A DNA stretch of 64,000 nucleotides from Octopus sinensis (GCF_006345805.1 NC_043006.1:43834001-43898000), one strand, 5' to 3'; counted from the stretch's first letter, positions 36,626-49,823 are shown. Translations and numbers: made by a program. Notes: generated from the sequence alone by a model not told the origin.

Positions 36626-37174
36626 AGGGAAATGAGTGTGAAGCATGTATGTGCAATTGCAACGACTTTAAGACTGTGATCGTAGTGGCTGTTGTACTAA
36701 AGAGATTAAGAAGATAAAAAGGAAAATGAAATTTTTTGAAGAATAAAAGCCAATTAGCAATTTATTTAGAAGTAAACAATACATTTACACAACTATTTTA
36801 TATTTTGGCTACACTAACCATCAGTCATCATCCTGTAACTTTCTTTTGATACCAATCTAGCTAAGAGCAGCCCTGGTTCTATGACATGAAATGATCAGTG
36901 TTAGAGAATCTGTATTTCAAATAAAACCATCTGATACAGTTTTATGCAAGAAGCTCAAGTTATTTTAAAACTTACAAAAAGAAGAGTGCAGAGTCCAGCA
37001 TCCTTATTTTTACAGGGCTTCCAAAAGATGTGAGATGAAGGAGAGAACCCACAATCTGAAGAACTGGTCTGACTACTTGGAATAGAATGGACCCAAAGTA
37101 TCAGAAAGTGGTATTAAACCAGGCAACAAATTAAACTAACTATCTTCAACACAGAATGCAGAAGAAATATTTGG

Positions 37175-37385
37175 TTTCAAGTTTCAGGCACAAGGCCAGC
37201 AATTTTAGGGGATGGTTGTAAGTTTATTGTATTGACCGTAGTGTTCAACTGGTACTTACTTCATTGGCCTCAAAAGGATGAAAGGCAAAGCTGACCTCAG
37301 CGAAATTTGGACTCAGAATGTAAAAACAGACAAAATGTCACTTAACATTTTGCCCAGCATGATAACAACACTGCCAGGTCACCGG
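37175..37385 (-). mobile_element. Family B SINE
   Basis: ggcacaaggccagcaatttt...caactggtactt...aaaggatgaaaggcaaagctgacctcagcgaaatttggactcagaatg. Confidence 0.8.
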
Positions 37386-37480
37386 AAAAAGTTTTGCAAG
37401 GCACCTCATTCAAGACTAATAATTCCACTACCTGAGACCAGTACCTTGTTTTAAAGACCTTAAAAAGACATATATAAATA

Positions 37481-37529
<49 letters not shown>

Positions 37530-37686
37530 ATGTGTTAAATTCAACTTACGCTGAAAGTCAACAAACAATGTTTGCTTTAGAAGAGTTGAGATGTATTGAA
37601 AGAATTTTATTCTCAAACGCAGGATAATGCTAATAATATAGCATGAACCGGGTAAACTATCCATATTTTGCAGAAAAATCTGTCAG

Positions 37687-37760
37687 TGGCCAACCATGAG
37701 ACTCAAATTCACATCCCTGTGATTACACATCAAGTGCTTTGCCATTAAGCTAAACTGCCC
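37687..37760 (-). pseudogene. Decayed tRNA-like sequence (TGT at the anticodon position, Thr-like): tRNA pseudogene or orphan SINE head
   Basis: Minus strand G-GGCAGTT-TA-GCTT-AATGGCA-AAGC-A-CTTGA-TGTGTAA-TCACA-GGGAT-GTGAA-TTTGAGT-CTCAT-GGTTGGCC-A. D stem perfect; other stems mismatched. Confidence 0.6.
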
Positions 37761-38563
37761 AGCGACAAATTCTTCTGCAATTTTCGGATATATAAATCTA
37801 GCTTTATAAGACGCTATCGTACATTAAATTCAACATACATACATACATATACACACACACACAAGCAGATACACCAGTGTGTACCCATAGACGAACAAAG
37901 TTGCATGTATGTAGCTGACCTGACGGGATTTGAACACAAAACACAAAGAGGTGGAACAAATATCATGAGTCATTTTTTACTTTAAACTGATACTGTTTCT
38001 AAATTCACTACCTAAAATTTTGTTGTGAACATTTACTTAAACATACCAATAAATGAGAAAGTTATTTTACTAAATTCCTCAAAATTCTTGAATATTTTCA
38101 AAACTGATTGAGGCATGAACAATTATATTTCATAGAAATGACAGAGTTAACATTAACATCACCATTAGTTCCATCAGTCAAGTTAAAATGGTGTAGATAT
38201 TTCACTTAGGTATAAACGAAGCAGGCATGACATACCTTGTCTCAGACTACACCATAAAAATAGATCACCATATCTGCTGGCATAAAAGACACATGGGTCT
38301 ATTAGACACATTTCAATTTCACCAGTGCACATTCAGGAGAAGTTTTTAGTGCATTAAAGCTTATGGGAGGCCAACTTTGCACACAGGACGTAGTGCAATT
38401 TGAAAGCTTTCTTTTTCTTTTGAAAAATTGTACTTCTTATATGCCATCAAATACAGTATACATGGTATCTTATATTTTACTAAGTTTCAGTCATTAGACC
38501 ATGAACACCATGAAGAATTTTTTGTCAAATGAATCAAGGCCTGTACTAATTTTTTTTTTTTTT

Positions 38564-38805
38564 GCAGCCTAGTACTTATTCTATTGGTCTCTTTTGCTGA
38601 ACCACTAAATTACAGGGATGTAAGCACGCCAACACCGGTTGTCAAGTAGTAATGGGAAACACATACACAACAGGCTTCTTTCAGTTTCCGTCTACTAAAT
38701 CCACTCACAAGGCTTTGGTCAGCCTAAGGCTATAGTAGAAGACACCTGTCCAAGGTGCCACATAGTAGATCTGGACTCAGAATCATGTGGTTGTGAGGCA
38801 CACTT
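38564..38805 (-). mobile_element. Family A SINE, partial
   Basis: gcctagtacttattctattggtctcttttgctgaacc...ggcttctttcagtttccgtctac...ggctatagtagaagacacctgtccaaggtgcc. Confidence 0.85.
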
Positions 38806-41800
38806 GTGCCTATATATATAATTTGAACCTAACAACATTGAATTTGCTGTTTAACTACAGACAAACACAATGTAATCTCTGTTTCTGAAGATTCAAAAGA
38901 ATATATTTTGGCTACACACTATTTACTGATTCCAACACATTTTACTTTAAGAGCAAGTTTTAGACAGGTCGCCCCTTGTTTTTCACGTACTAACCTTTCT
39001 TCTGTTGGTTTTAACTTTTGAACCAAACTTCCTCAAACCCAAATTATTCTTGACTTCAATGACAAATTTAACATGTAATATCATCACCAAACTTCCTTCC
39101 AATGAAAGGCTCAGAAACAAAGAAAAATTCACCGAATACTTTAATTTTATTTCTTTGTTTTTTTTTTTATTTAAAATTTAAGATGCAAACAGAGAAGAAG
39201 AGAATAATAAAATTAATCTCATTTTTCTTTTCTCAATAATTGATTTGTAAATTTTCTCCCCCCCCCCACTTCTATCCAATTAATTCCTTTATTAGTATGA
39301 CTCAGGTTTCATGAAAAGATGTCAGGCAGCATTGCTTGACATCGCACAAGCTAATATTGCAATCAGCACGTTATATAAATAAATTGAAGTCCCTAACATG
39401 ACACCAGCATAATAACTATTTTACCAAGTAAATAAATGATAGCAAATACATTCAACTATCTTTATCTTTGTTGCCAGACAGGGAGAGGAAACTTTATCTG
39501 AACCAATAGTGGCAGAAACTACGAGAAATCTGCAGATAGACAGTGAAGAGACAGCAATGCCACCATTAAAGATTAGCTGGTTATTAGGGAGAAGAAGGTA
39601 CTCTGAAATTAAAACGTAGATTTGATTTCCAATAAGCTTACAGGAAATAAATATATAAACATATTTTGCAACTTCTCGAAGAACTAATAAAATATACAAT
39701 ATTATTGTTAGAAAATTAAATTTCCTTAATAATGATCTGATAATTAAATATAACTCCTACACACAAGAGATATGCCATTCTGTACACTGGCATGTTTTAG
39801 TTGCTAGTATATAATCAATCTAAATGGAAATCAACAGAGTCGCACGGACAAACATGAAGTACAGGGAAGCTAGAGCGGATATTTGAACTCAGTATTAACA
39901 GCAGTCTCTTCGGAACTATATTCTTATTTAAAATTTGCATATATATTTATATATATTCATGACAACAGGTCAAAGTTGTAGATTATGCATAAAACGTATG
40001 ACTATATAAGAATAGCAATAGGAATCAAAATGTATATTAGTAACCAGAAGGGTGGAGAGTGGAGAGTAGAAGTGATCAGAGACAATTCTCCAACTGAATG
40101 AACAGAGAGTGGAATTGATGTTTTATTCAATGCATAATCATCCTCACCACCACCACGACTATTATCATCATCACCACCATCATCAATTAAATGTGGTTTG
40201 AGAGATGCACAAAATTGTTTCTTTAATTCTTGCACGATATTGAGTGTTTCTCTCCAGCAAATATCAGTGTTCATACCATGTTCGTCTCAACAATAATTAA
40301 CGAAGAATACCGTCTAAAAATACTCCAGCTAGTCTTTGACTTCCATTTTTACCACATTTCTATTCTCCACAAATAGTTAGGCTTGTTTACCAGCTCACAA
40401 CATCAGTATTCGATACCCCCTCTCCGTCCTTCTCCCTCTTCCCCCTCTCTCTAGTAAAAACCACAACACAGTTTGAAATAGTAGCATGGAAAAAATTCCT
40501 CTCCTTTCATTAATAATAATATTTCATAATGAATACAGATAACCTTCGACTTCAGGGTCAGTAGTATGATCCCTATTAATATGAGAGGAAGGGAGAACCA
40601 GAGGTTAAGAAATTCATGCCTTTCTCACAGGTAATATTCCAGTAAATGAACATAAGGAACAAAATTAGGTTGTGAACCCAGCCTGCAAGAAGCTTAACCC
40701 TCGTACATTCTAATAGGTTATGTAAGAACTTTTTTGTGCGTCTCGCTTTTGTCTAAATCTTGCAACTCTCCCAACCTTCACACAGTTTCTCGCTGTGAAA
40801 TAGTACACTTTTAGATAAATATTACAAACCATTAAACTTGTCTCTATATAAAATACAACACAATACCAATTGAAATAACTCACTTAGATTTTCTCTGACA
40901 TTTGTTCAAAAATTTCTTGCTCACATGAATATCTTCAGAAAATCTTTATTACTTGTAACATTTACAACATACAAAATTTTAAAAGATTTTTAACACTAAA
41001 AATAAGAACAAAAGTGTATGTGAATGTGTGTGTATAAATGTGTGTTTGATATAAACAAAATAGAAATCAAAGAATTTGAAAATCTTTTAAATTTTTAAAA
41101 ATTATTATTTATATTATCCTCAAACAGACAATTCCATTAACCTATTATTCAATGTTTGCTGCTCATTTTTATGGACTGATTTTCAATAATTTCCCCCCCC
41201 CCTTCATTTCAAAACTCTGCATTTGTGTTCCGCATACCTCCACCACATCTCTTTTGTAATACACCATTATTAATGCCTTGTTAGTTTGCTCAGATCCGTC
41301 CATTCTTTGGAACATGTGAATATGTACTAAAACTGGATAGAATGAATGAACAAACTAAACTAAACAGCTATCCAACATGTAGAGGTGGGGATATAAATGG
41401 GTGTGGCACAGAGCTAGTTAAATATGTACGGAAAGGTAATTTGCTAACTTGTACTCAGGAAATATCAAACAGGTTATTTTTCTTGTTATTTAGTCTGAGA
41501 ATCAGTCTAACAGAGCCAGCCATATATTTTTCCCCCAACTCCTAAATCAAAAAGAGAAACAATTCTTTACCTACATCAACATCAGACACAATATTTATCA
41601 ACAATGATTAATAACAGAAAGAAACTGTGTGTGTGTGTGTGTGTGTTTATGTGTGTGTACATGCACTTGCATGTATGTGCATTTCGCTTTGATTGTAATA
41701 AACATTCAGTGTAAAGTAAGATGAGAAGCAGACACGAGATTCCTGAAGGGTGAACAATGCAGGTCAGAAAAGTGCTAGCGGCAGATAACATTGTTGCCGG

Positions 41801-43576
41801 TGTAAGGGTGGCAGACTTCTGGTTTCAGATCAGAATTCTCAGCTGTTTAATGACAGATGGTAGATTCCTACACATGTTACATGCACGAGAATATTTATAG
41901 CTGACTACATGCCACTCTCTCCTTTCTCTATGGCTCCACTTCTGCATGGAGAGGTTTGGAAGGAGGAGTCGTGGGAAGCAGGAAATCTACTTCAGCTAAA
42001 AGCAATCTTTTCTCGCTCACAGAATCCTATAAGTGGTTTTCATAAGGGTTTCCTTTGCTTGCCAATGGACTAGACTAATCTGATAAAGAATAAATTAGAG
42101 ATATGCAAGCCTATCAAAGCAGATCCTAACTCCAGTTAGGAAGTGATGCTAAGAACAAACAGAGTTACTAATTTTCTCTCATCCCTTCTGGACAGAAAGT
42201 TAATGGACACTTTCACAGATGGCTTATATCTATGATTGCAGCTTAAAAAATAATCAATTCTTGAAAGAAACCTTGCACTTGAAAATATATTGGAATAGTT
42301 AACTTCTGATTAAAACGAATGTAAACTTTAGGGGTCTGAAGTTATGATGAAGAACATCTTTGAGAGTGAAGTGAATCAGATTATGGAGAAAAAACAGGAA
42401 GAAGAAGAAGAAAAAAAAAGATTTTTTTTTTTTAACAATGAAGCTATTTCTCAAAAATTCAATATGAAATTGGTTTTTCACTGTCATTCAAGAAAAGAGA
42501 TAAATTACTTTCTGAAAAATATTTGAAGCCATGCTGCTGAAGATAAATATCACCAAATAAAGTTAGGAAGAACATGCAATACTTTTTCCACTTAACACAA
42601 AATAAATTTACACTTTCCCAAATATTTTTGCAACTGAATAAAATCAAACTACTTCAACTTCAATGTGATTCTTGCTTAGCATAAATTCTCTAATTTTTCT
42701 CAATAACTGTCAAATGTGTTCTATTCTTGCTTTTGAAATTTAAGAATCCTTTCGCAAAGAATAACATTTTTAAGAAATATTATTTGTTTTGTCTGTTTTA
42801 TAGGGGTGGTAGTGATCTTCCTTGTTAAATTATTACATATCAGTTACATGATAGAATATTCCTAGCTCATCATTGGAGAGGAGCATATAATTGACAATGG
42901 CTGGAATTTAGATATCATAAATACAGACACCAACAGTATCACCAAAATCTTCATGTCCTCACAAACTATCACCATCTTTCTGAAGTGTTATGAGAAAAAG
43001 CAATAAATTCCAGACAGAAATAAAGACAGACATGATAGGAACAAAGAGAAAAACCAATGCTTGCTGAATTGTAAAAGAACTGGCAAGAAGTTAAATAAAT
43101 CATTTTAATTTTATTCTAATGATAGCTAATGAATATAATATTGTCCTAGTAATTCTGGCTGCTAGTAGTATCATCACTAAAACATTACAAGACTTCGTTG
43201 ATTGTTTCATCAACTATGAAATTATTTATTTAGTGCAAAGAAATACAGCAAATTTTAATAAGTAGCTATTACAATAGTGGACAATAGCTTTTCACTGAAA
43301 CGAAGAAAATAAAGTAGAATGTTGTTATTACACCATGACAACAGAACACCACTTTTTTTTCCCTTCTTCCTCTTTAAATGGTTCACAAGCTGGAAATTAA
43401 TAATTTCTAATTTCACTAAACAATGAGAAAAGTGAGGTGTCCACACGGTATCATCATTACTTGTATAACTAAAATCCAGTTTATTTAAAAACAAAAAAAT
43501 TTGAAAACATTCCTCTAAAGTACAAATCACTACATTTATCTAGAGCTTTATGTGTGCTTCAAGACCCACTATTCCA

Positions 43577-43638
<62 letters not shown>

Positions 43639-43678
43639 GTATGTGTGTGTTTGTGTACATACACACACACACACACAC

Positions 43679-44004
43679 CAGTGGTTAGAGCGTCGGGTTC
43701 ACAATCATGAGGTAGTGAGTTTGATTACTGGACCAGGCTATGTTATGTTCTTGAGCAAGACACTTTATTTCATGTTGTTCCAGATCACTCTGCTGCAGAA
43801 ATGAGTTGAGACATCACTGGTGCCGAGTTGTATCAGCCTCTGCCTTTTCCTTGGATAACATGAGTGGCATGGAGAGGGGAGACTGGCATGCATGGACAGC
43901 TGCTGGTTTTCCATAAACAACCTTGCCCTGACTTGTGCCTTGGATGGTAACTTTCTAGGCGCAATCTCATGGTCATTCATAACCGAAGGGGATTTTTACC
44001 TTTA
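43679..44004 (+). mobile_element. Family D tRNA-derived SINE
   Basis: A box gtggttagagcgtcgg, degenerate B box gagtttgattac, then gttcttgagcaagacactttatttc (CORE/V-like); second copy at 47657. Confidence 0.8.
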
Positions 44005-44139
44005 TATATATATATATATATATTTACTGGGGTAGCCATGTATCTCTTTTACAACAAGACACCTGTTTCTGCTCCTCAATCATACTTTAGCCTCTCATCA
44101 TGTGACACAAAACCATCTCCCTTAATACTACTTCCCACA

Positions 44140-44395
44140 TCTCAGCTGAGGGGTCTTGTCTTGGTGAGTTACCTGGTGACCTCACTGGTGCTGGTGCCAA
44201 TTAAAAAGCACTCAGTACACACTGTAAAATGGTAGGTGTTAGGAACAGCATCCAGCCATAGAAACCATGCCAAAGTAGACAGTGGAGCTTGGCAATGGCA
44301 TCTGACTTAACAGCTCCTACAAACACCTCCTAACCCATGCCAGCATGAAAAACGGATGCGAAATGGTGAGGATGTTGATGAGGATGATGATGACA
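44140..44395 (+). mobile_element. Family C retroposon 3' part with a single repeat unit
   Basis: ggtgctggtgccaattaaaaagcac...ggtgttaggaacagcatccagcc...aacccatgccagcatgaaaaacggatg plus gat-rich tail. Confidence 0.75.
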
Positions 44396-45924
44396 CATAC
44401 CTCAAGGCAGGTAATGCTTGGAGTATAGAAAGATCATTTCAATTACAGGTACATACATAACTTACCTACCACCTTGATAATAAATCACACAAACACAGAT
44501 ACTCAAGAGTTAAATGGCAGACTAAGTAGTCAGTTGTACAAGTGTGTTTCACCTTTATCCTTTGCAATATGAACAACAGAATACAACAGCAACAACAACA
44601 GCAACAAAATAGCTAGTATTTAGTATTGTATTCTTCAAGAGTCTTGAAAATAAATAAAAGAAAATTTTTTTTCTATCATCTGGGAAGATTCCAGAAATTG
44701 CTCATTCCTTTCAGAAAGAATATTTGTCATATTTTCAATAATAGACCGATCCCTTTAAGGCATGAGTAAATCAGACACAAGGAAGCAAAAAAAAAAAATA
44801 AATAAATATATAATATCTGGGGGAAAAAAAATTTTGAGTAAAATATAGCAATGATAATTACATCTGTGTGTGTGTATATATATATACACCTAACAATGAC
44901 GAAATTATGTTCAACCTTTCAAGAAGCACTGCCATTTTATCCACTTATCAGAAATCTCCCGTACAATACAAAGTTGCCGTGTAGAGTACTGCTGTTTCTG
45001 TTTGCCTACCTGTTGGCCAAAACTGCAACATTGGTCTCCAATAATATTCACTGCATAAGTTAACAGTTATTTTCCTCTCTTGAGGAAATATATTTCTTTC
45101 TTCATCTCAACTAACATTCTCTCACTATCTCACATATACGCACACACACAGACAGACAGACAGACACCCACCCACCCACACACACACACACATGTTTATA
45201 TAGTAAAATGCTATTTAAAAGCCAATTGTTACAAGCAAAGATTTGTTGTGATGAAACTAATTCAGTCGTAAAACTATTAAAACTTTACACAACAACTGAT
45301 AAATAACAATAGAAGCAATTTACTACTTAAGAACGGATTGGATGATTTACCAATTCCACACGTTCAGCTGGTTGAAATACAATGAAAATTTCAAGATCAA
45401 GTGTGACAAATCAGAATAAGAAAAGGGAAAAAAAAAAAGCTTATATCCATTTGTGATGAAAATATAGTTTTAGTTTTAAGTGACACTCTTTCAATGTAAT
45501 TTGACATTGATAATGTCATTTGAGAAACTGCACTACTTCCCACTGAGATGTAGTGGCCCTTAACCTGGATACAGAAATAATATAAATTCTAAATTAATAC
45601 TTTGCAGCCATTTTCAACATGCTGTATGGCCATCAACATAGTCAATGTTTTCACAAACTAAATATCTCATGTATGCATTTTTGCATGTATGTATGTATGT
45701 ATGCATGCATTTTTGTATGTATGTATGTATGTATGTATGTATGTATGTATGTATGTATGTATATGTCACACCTGTTTCTTCTCTCTTTTCATTCTCTTTC
45801 TCCCTCTTCTCACATCTCCCTCCTTCCCAACCAGTGGGTGAGGAATAGGAAGAGTGTCTACCTGCCTAAGACTGAGATGGTTCAAATCTTACTATGAGAG
45901 TAGTAGTAGTAGATTCTTGATAGC

Positions 45925-46320
45925 ATTTTGTGAGACAATGCATTAGTAAGGCGTAATTTCATGAGGATGTTCCATATCAATTTCAACAAAATAATACACT
46001 TGGAAGCGCAATAACATAGAAAAGCGAATCAACAAATGCCCGGTTGCCCAATTTCAAATGCTCCAAGAAAAGCCGGTGAGGTACTCACATGAGCCTCCAG
46101 GATGTGATAATGCAACTGATCTTAAGCAATACAGACAGACAGTCTGACCACCACAATATAAGCCTGACATCATTCTCTTTGACAAAAATGACAATTTCGT
46201 GGAGCATTTTCCAATTGAAGTTGGATGTAGAGGGTTTTTTGGGACACAGTGTGAGACGACTGTTGTTATCGTTAGGCCTAACTCATTGTAAAGTCAAAAC
46301 CACCATGACCGATATCCAAA
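45925..46320 (+). mobile_element. Decayed, internally deleted HERO-like (R2-superfamily, restriction-like endonuclease) non-LTR retrotransposon fragment
   Basis: One frame from 45965: GCSISISTK*YTWKRNN...V*PPQYKPDIILFDKNDNFVEHFPIEVGCRGFF, then a shift in a T run to LGHSVRRLLLSLGL. Matches the recalled motifs GCxxALSQGRYTWRHN, RPDI and PIEVGCRGF. Confidence 0.75.
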
Positions 46321-46483
46321 CTACATCGACCCCAGTGCATAACTGGTACTTAATTTATCGACCCCCAAAAGGATGAAAGGCAAAGTCGACTTCGGCGCAA
46401 TTTGAACTCAGAACGTAACAGCAGACGAAATACTGCTAAGCTTTTCGCCCGTCATGCTAACGTTTCTGCCAGTTCGCTGCCTT
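46320..46483 (-). mobile_element. Family B SINE (well preserved)
   Basis: ggtacttaatttatcgacccccaaaaggatgaaaggcaaagtcgacttcggcgcaatttgaactcagaacgtaac...ctgccagttcgctgcctt. Confidence 0.9.
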
Positions 46484-47309
46484 GTGTTGGACTTTCTTGC
46501 TAACAGTGGACACTTTCCTCAACCATTCTTGCTAACTTTGAGCACATCTGTACATGTTCTTCAAGATGTACCCAATTCCTGTTCTAAGAGATTGCATTAA
46601 ATCTCAGTTACTTGACTGGTACATTATTTCATTGATCCCAGAAAGATGAAAAGCAAAGCTAACTTTAGTGGGATTTGAACTTGAACCAAGGGTAAATAAA
46701 GATAATAATGATAAAATTTCTTCTAAGGAAACAAAACACAGGGTTTGCTTTATTTGAGGCTGATAAAAGGAAAATCACTGTCTGACAAGAAAACACCAAC
46801 AAGACACTCCTACAAAAAAAAAAAGCGGGGGGGGGGGAGGAGGAGAACAAACAAAACAATGGCAGCAACGTCTCTCCTGAAGCTGAACAATCAAAGTAAC
46901 AAACAGAAAAAGTTCAAAGCAAGCCACCTCTAGCACTAAATATTTAACTCTTTTTACTACAAATCTACTTGAGAGAATTATACAAAAGCATTCATGTTAA
47001 AATTACAATCTTGACCAAAACCTCATAACATGGTCAACAGAAACATAATGGTAAAGTTATGTATATTTTACATTAATTGAGTATTAAATGAAACACCAAG
47101 ACCAATCTACTCAAGAACAACTGTCAGAAAAGGATATACTCCAGACTTAATCATAAACTAATGGTTTCTACAATATCCTGCTATTGCGATTCACCACTAA
47201 CTGAGCCTGAGTCACTGTAATTAAAACTAACTAAAGAACTTAAGAATAAAGAGAATAACAGCTCATTTTGAATCTCTGAGCGAGAGATATGCAGTAACAG
47301 TACCGAATA

Positions 47310-47609
47310 GGAAAGTTTATTTGCCAACAGAATGTGGCAGTCCTATACAAGGACAATGTTACTGTTGTATAACCCCAGGAAAAAATTTTTCCCTAGCCTG
47401 TGATTGTCTTGCACTGAGGATGGGAAACAACTCAGAAATCAAGGTCTGTGAGTATCACGAGGGCTGGAGATGGGAGCGATGACCTCCCTTGCTTATACTA
47501 TAGACGCAGTATGTTGATAGCCAATTGGAAAAGATTTTTCTTGGGGCTAAACAATAATAACATTGTCCTTGTATAAGAGTGCCACATTCTGTTGGCAAAT
47601 AAACTTTAC
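47310..47609. mobile_element. TA-flanked foldback MITE with about 80-bp terminal inverted repeats
   Basis: aaagtttatttgccaacagaatgtggca.tc.tatacaaggacaatgtta...ccca.gaaaa at 47312 and its reverse complement ending at 47607; TA at 47308-47309 and 47610-47611. Confidence 0.9.
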
Positions 47610-47656
47610 TAACTTAAGAATATATAACTATGTACTTTATCTCTTGTTTCAGTGAA

Positions 47657-47915
47657 AGAGTGTGGCCTAGTTTTTAGGCTGTGCACTCACAACCACAAGA
47701 TCTTGGGTTCAATTTCCTGACAAGGCAGTGCGTTGTGTTCTTGAACAAAACACTTCATTTCACATTGCTCCAGTCACCCCTTTGATCTGGAGGGGATTGT
47801 TGGGCTGCTCACCTAGCCAGTGGGGTTGCATAATTTGAAGGCTAAAATGATACAAAAAGTGCATTGTGACCAACAAAGTGTAACAACATCTGATAGCCTG
47901 GTCGGTCACATGAAG
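47657..47915 (+). mobile_element. Family D SINE (variant 3' end)
   Basis: gtgtggcctagt...gggttcaatttcc...gttgtgttcttgaacaaaacacttcatttcacattgctccag. Confidence 0.7.
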
Positions 47916-48089
47916 TGATCACATCATGGTATTTTTATATAAGCTTAAAGCTTATGGTGATCATCATGCAATGACTAAGGAAAATAGTCTAATAAAGGGG
48001 CATATAAGCCCTCGATAGAAAAAAGAAGGCTTTCCTATCTGTGTGGGAGTCGAACCCACATCCCTATATATATATATATATATACATAT

Positions 48090-48516
48090 ACTCTTACTCT
48101 CTTTTAACTCTTTTACTTGTTTCAGTCGTTTGACTGTGGCCATGCTGGAGCACCGCCTTTAGTCAAGCAAATTGACCCCAGGACTTATTCTTTGTAAGCC
48201 TAGTACTTATTCTATTGGTCTCTTTTGCTGAACTGCTAAGTTACAGGGATGTAAACACACCAGCATCAGTTGTCAAGCAATGTTGGGGGGACAAACACAG
48301 ACACACAAACATATACACACACATACATACATATATATATATATACATACACACATATACGATGGGCTTCTTTTAGTTTCTGTCTACCAAATCCACTTAC
48401 AAGGCTTTCGTCGGCCCGAGGCTATAGCAGACACTTGCCCAAGGTGCCACGCAGTGGGACTGAACCAGGAACCATGTGGTTCGTTAGCAAACTACTTACC
48501 ACACAGCCACTCCTAC
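48090..48516 (-). mobile_element. Family A SINE, full length
   Basis: ctcttttacttgtttcagtc...gccatgctggagcaccgcc...cacttgcccaaggtgccacgcagtgggactgaacc...cttaccacacagccactcct. Confidence 0.93.
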
Positions 48517-49823
48517 ACATATAAATATATATTTTTTTTATATAAATACAAACACACCCCTGAAAACTACAATGTACATGACACTGCTCTGTTTCACTTT
48601 ATACGGATCCTTTTTTGTTACAGTGTAATATTATTACAGGATACTCAACCAAACCATACAATATGGAAGAACAGGCTGTTAAACCAAACAATTAAATTTC
48701 AAGGAGCACTGTTTAGCACATTAAACCAAATTGATGCCACCTTTTAATGTGTAGACAAACACTCTGGACACACGTGCACACACTGGGAGCATTAGAACAA
48801 GCTATTGTGAGACAGCTGCTGTTGAGTTTCCCAATCTCCTGCTTACGTTTACTGATCAAATACTTTGTTGTTAATCCAGGGTCTGTAATCAACCCAACCA
48901 GATGATCAACACGCTATGGATGCTTCCGATGCAGTATTTCTGTGTGTGTGTGTGTGTGTGTGCATGCGCAGGTTTGTGTGTATGTGTGCGAGCATGTATT
49001 CGTATATGTGTGTGTGTACATCCTTCTGTATATTTATATAAAGACACAGACACATGAACACGCAGACATACGTGCAGGAGGAGATAATGATGCACAATCA
49101 CACAAGAAGAGACAATTCAAACAACTGTTTGACTTTAATACGAAGTTATAGATCAAGATAGGTAAAGATCCCCTACTTGAAGTTGTTGCTGCAGAAACCT
49201 AGTATCGTGTCACTGAGATGTAATCATACACAAGGATTTTCGATGATACTGTTGTTGAAAAATGTCAACAGAAATGTAGAGAAGTGTCAAGAGATATAGA
49301 ATGTTGGTAAAAATGTTGAGATGCACCAAGACGGCTACCAACCGGAACCCACCTCGGACCCAACCACCTACACTCTCTCTATCTTTAGTGTCTTATAAGA
49401 ATAAGATATTTCCATATTGGATGGCTCCACTTTTTAATTTATTCATAACAGTTCAAAAGCAGGAAGGAATTTCACATACATTCTTAGGTTAAAATCAAAC
49501 ACAAAACGAAAAAAAAGAAGGAAAAAGCAAAAAAAAAAAAAAACTATGAAGAAAATAGTGGGGGAGAAAACAAAGACGACATCAATGAATGATGGAAAAA
49601 AAAAAATATGTTGCTAAGCTAGTGTTAAAGATAACAACACAAGAACCAAAATGAAAGAAAAGAAAAAAAACGAGAAGAAAAAAAAACAGGAGGAGACAAT
49701 AACAAACTTGATTTACTGTGGAAAAAAATATCTACAGTACAACAACAACAACAACAATAATAATAAAACAATCGGAAACTATTGTGTTTCAATAAAACTC
49801 AATAGTACCAGTGACAGTAATGG

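Noticed and set aside
37687-37760. Functional tRNA-Thr gene
   Set aside because: Acceptor, anticodon and T stems are mismatched, U33 and the TTC of the T loop are altered; kept only as a pseudogene or SINE head.
38187-38256. Hairpin atggtgtag...ctacaccat with inner aggtat/atacct
   Set aside because: Large asymmetric internal loop; not pre-miRNA-like and within chance expectation for 64 kb.
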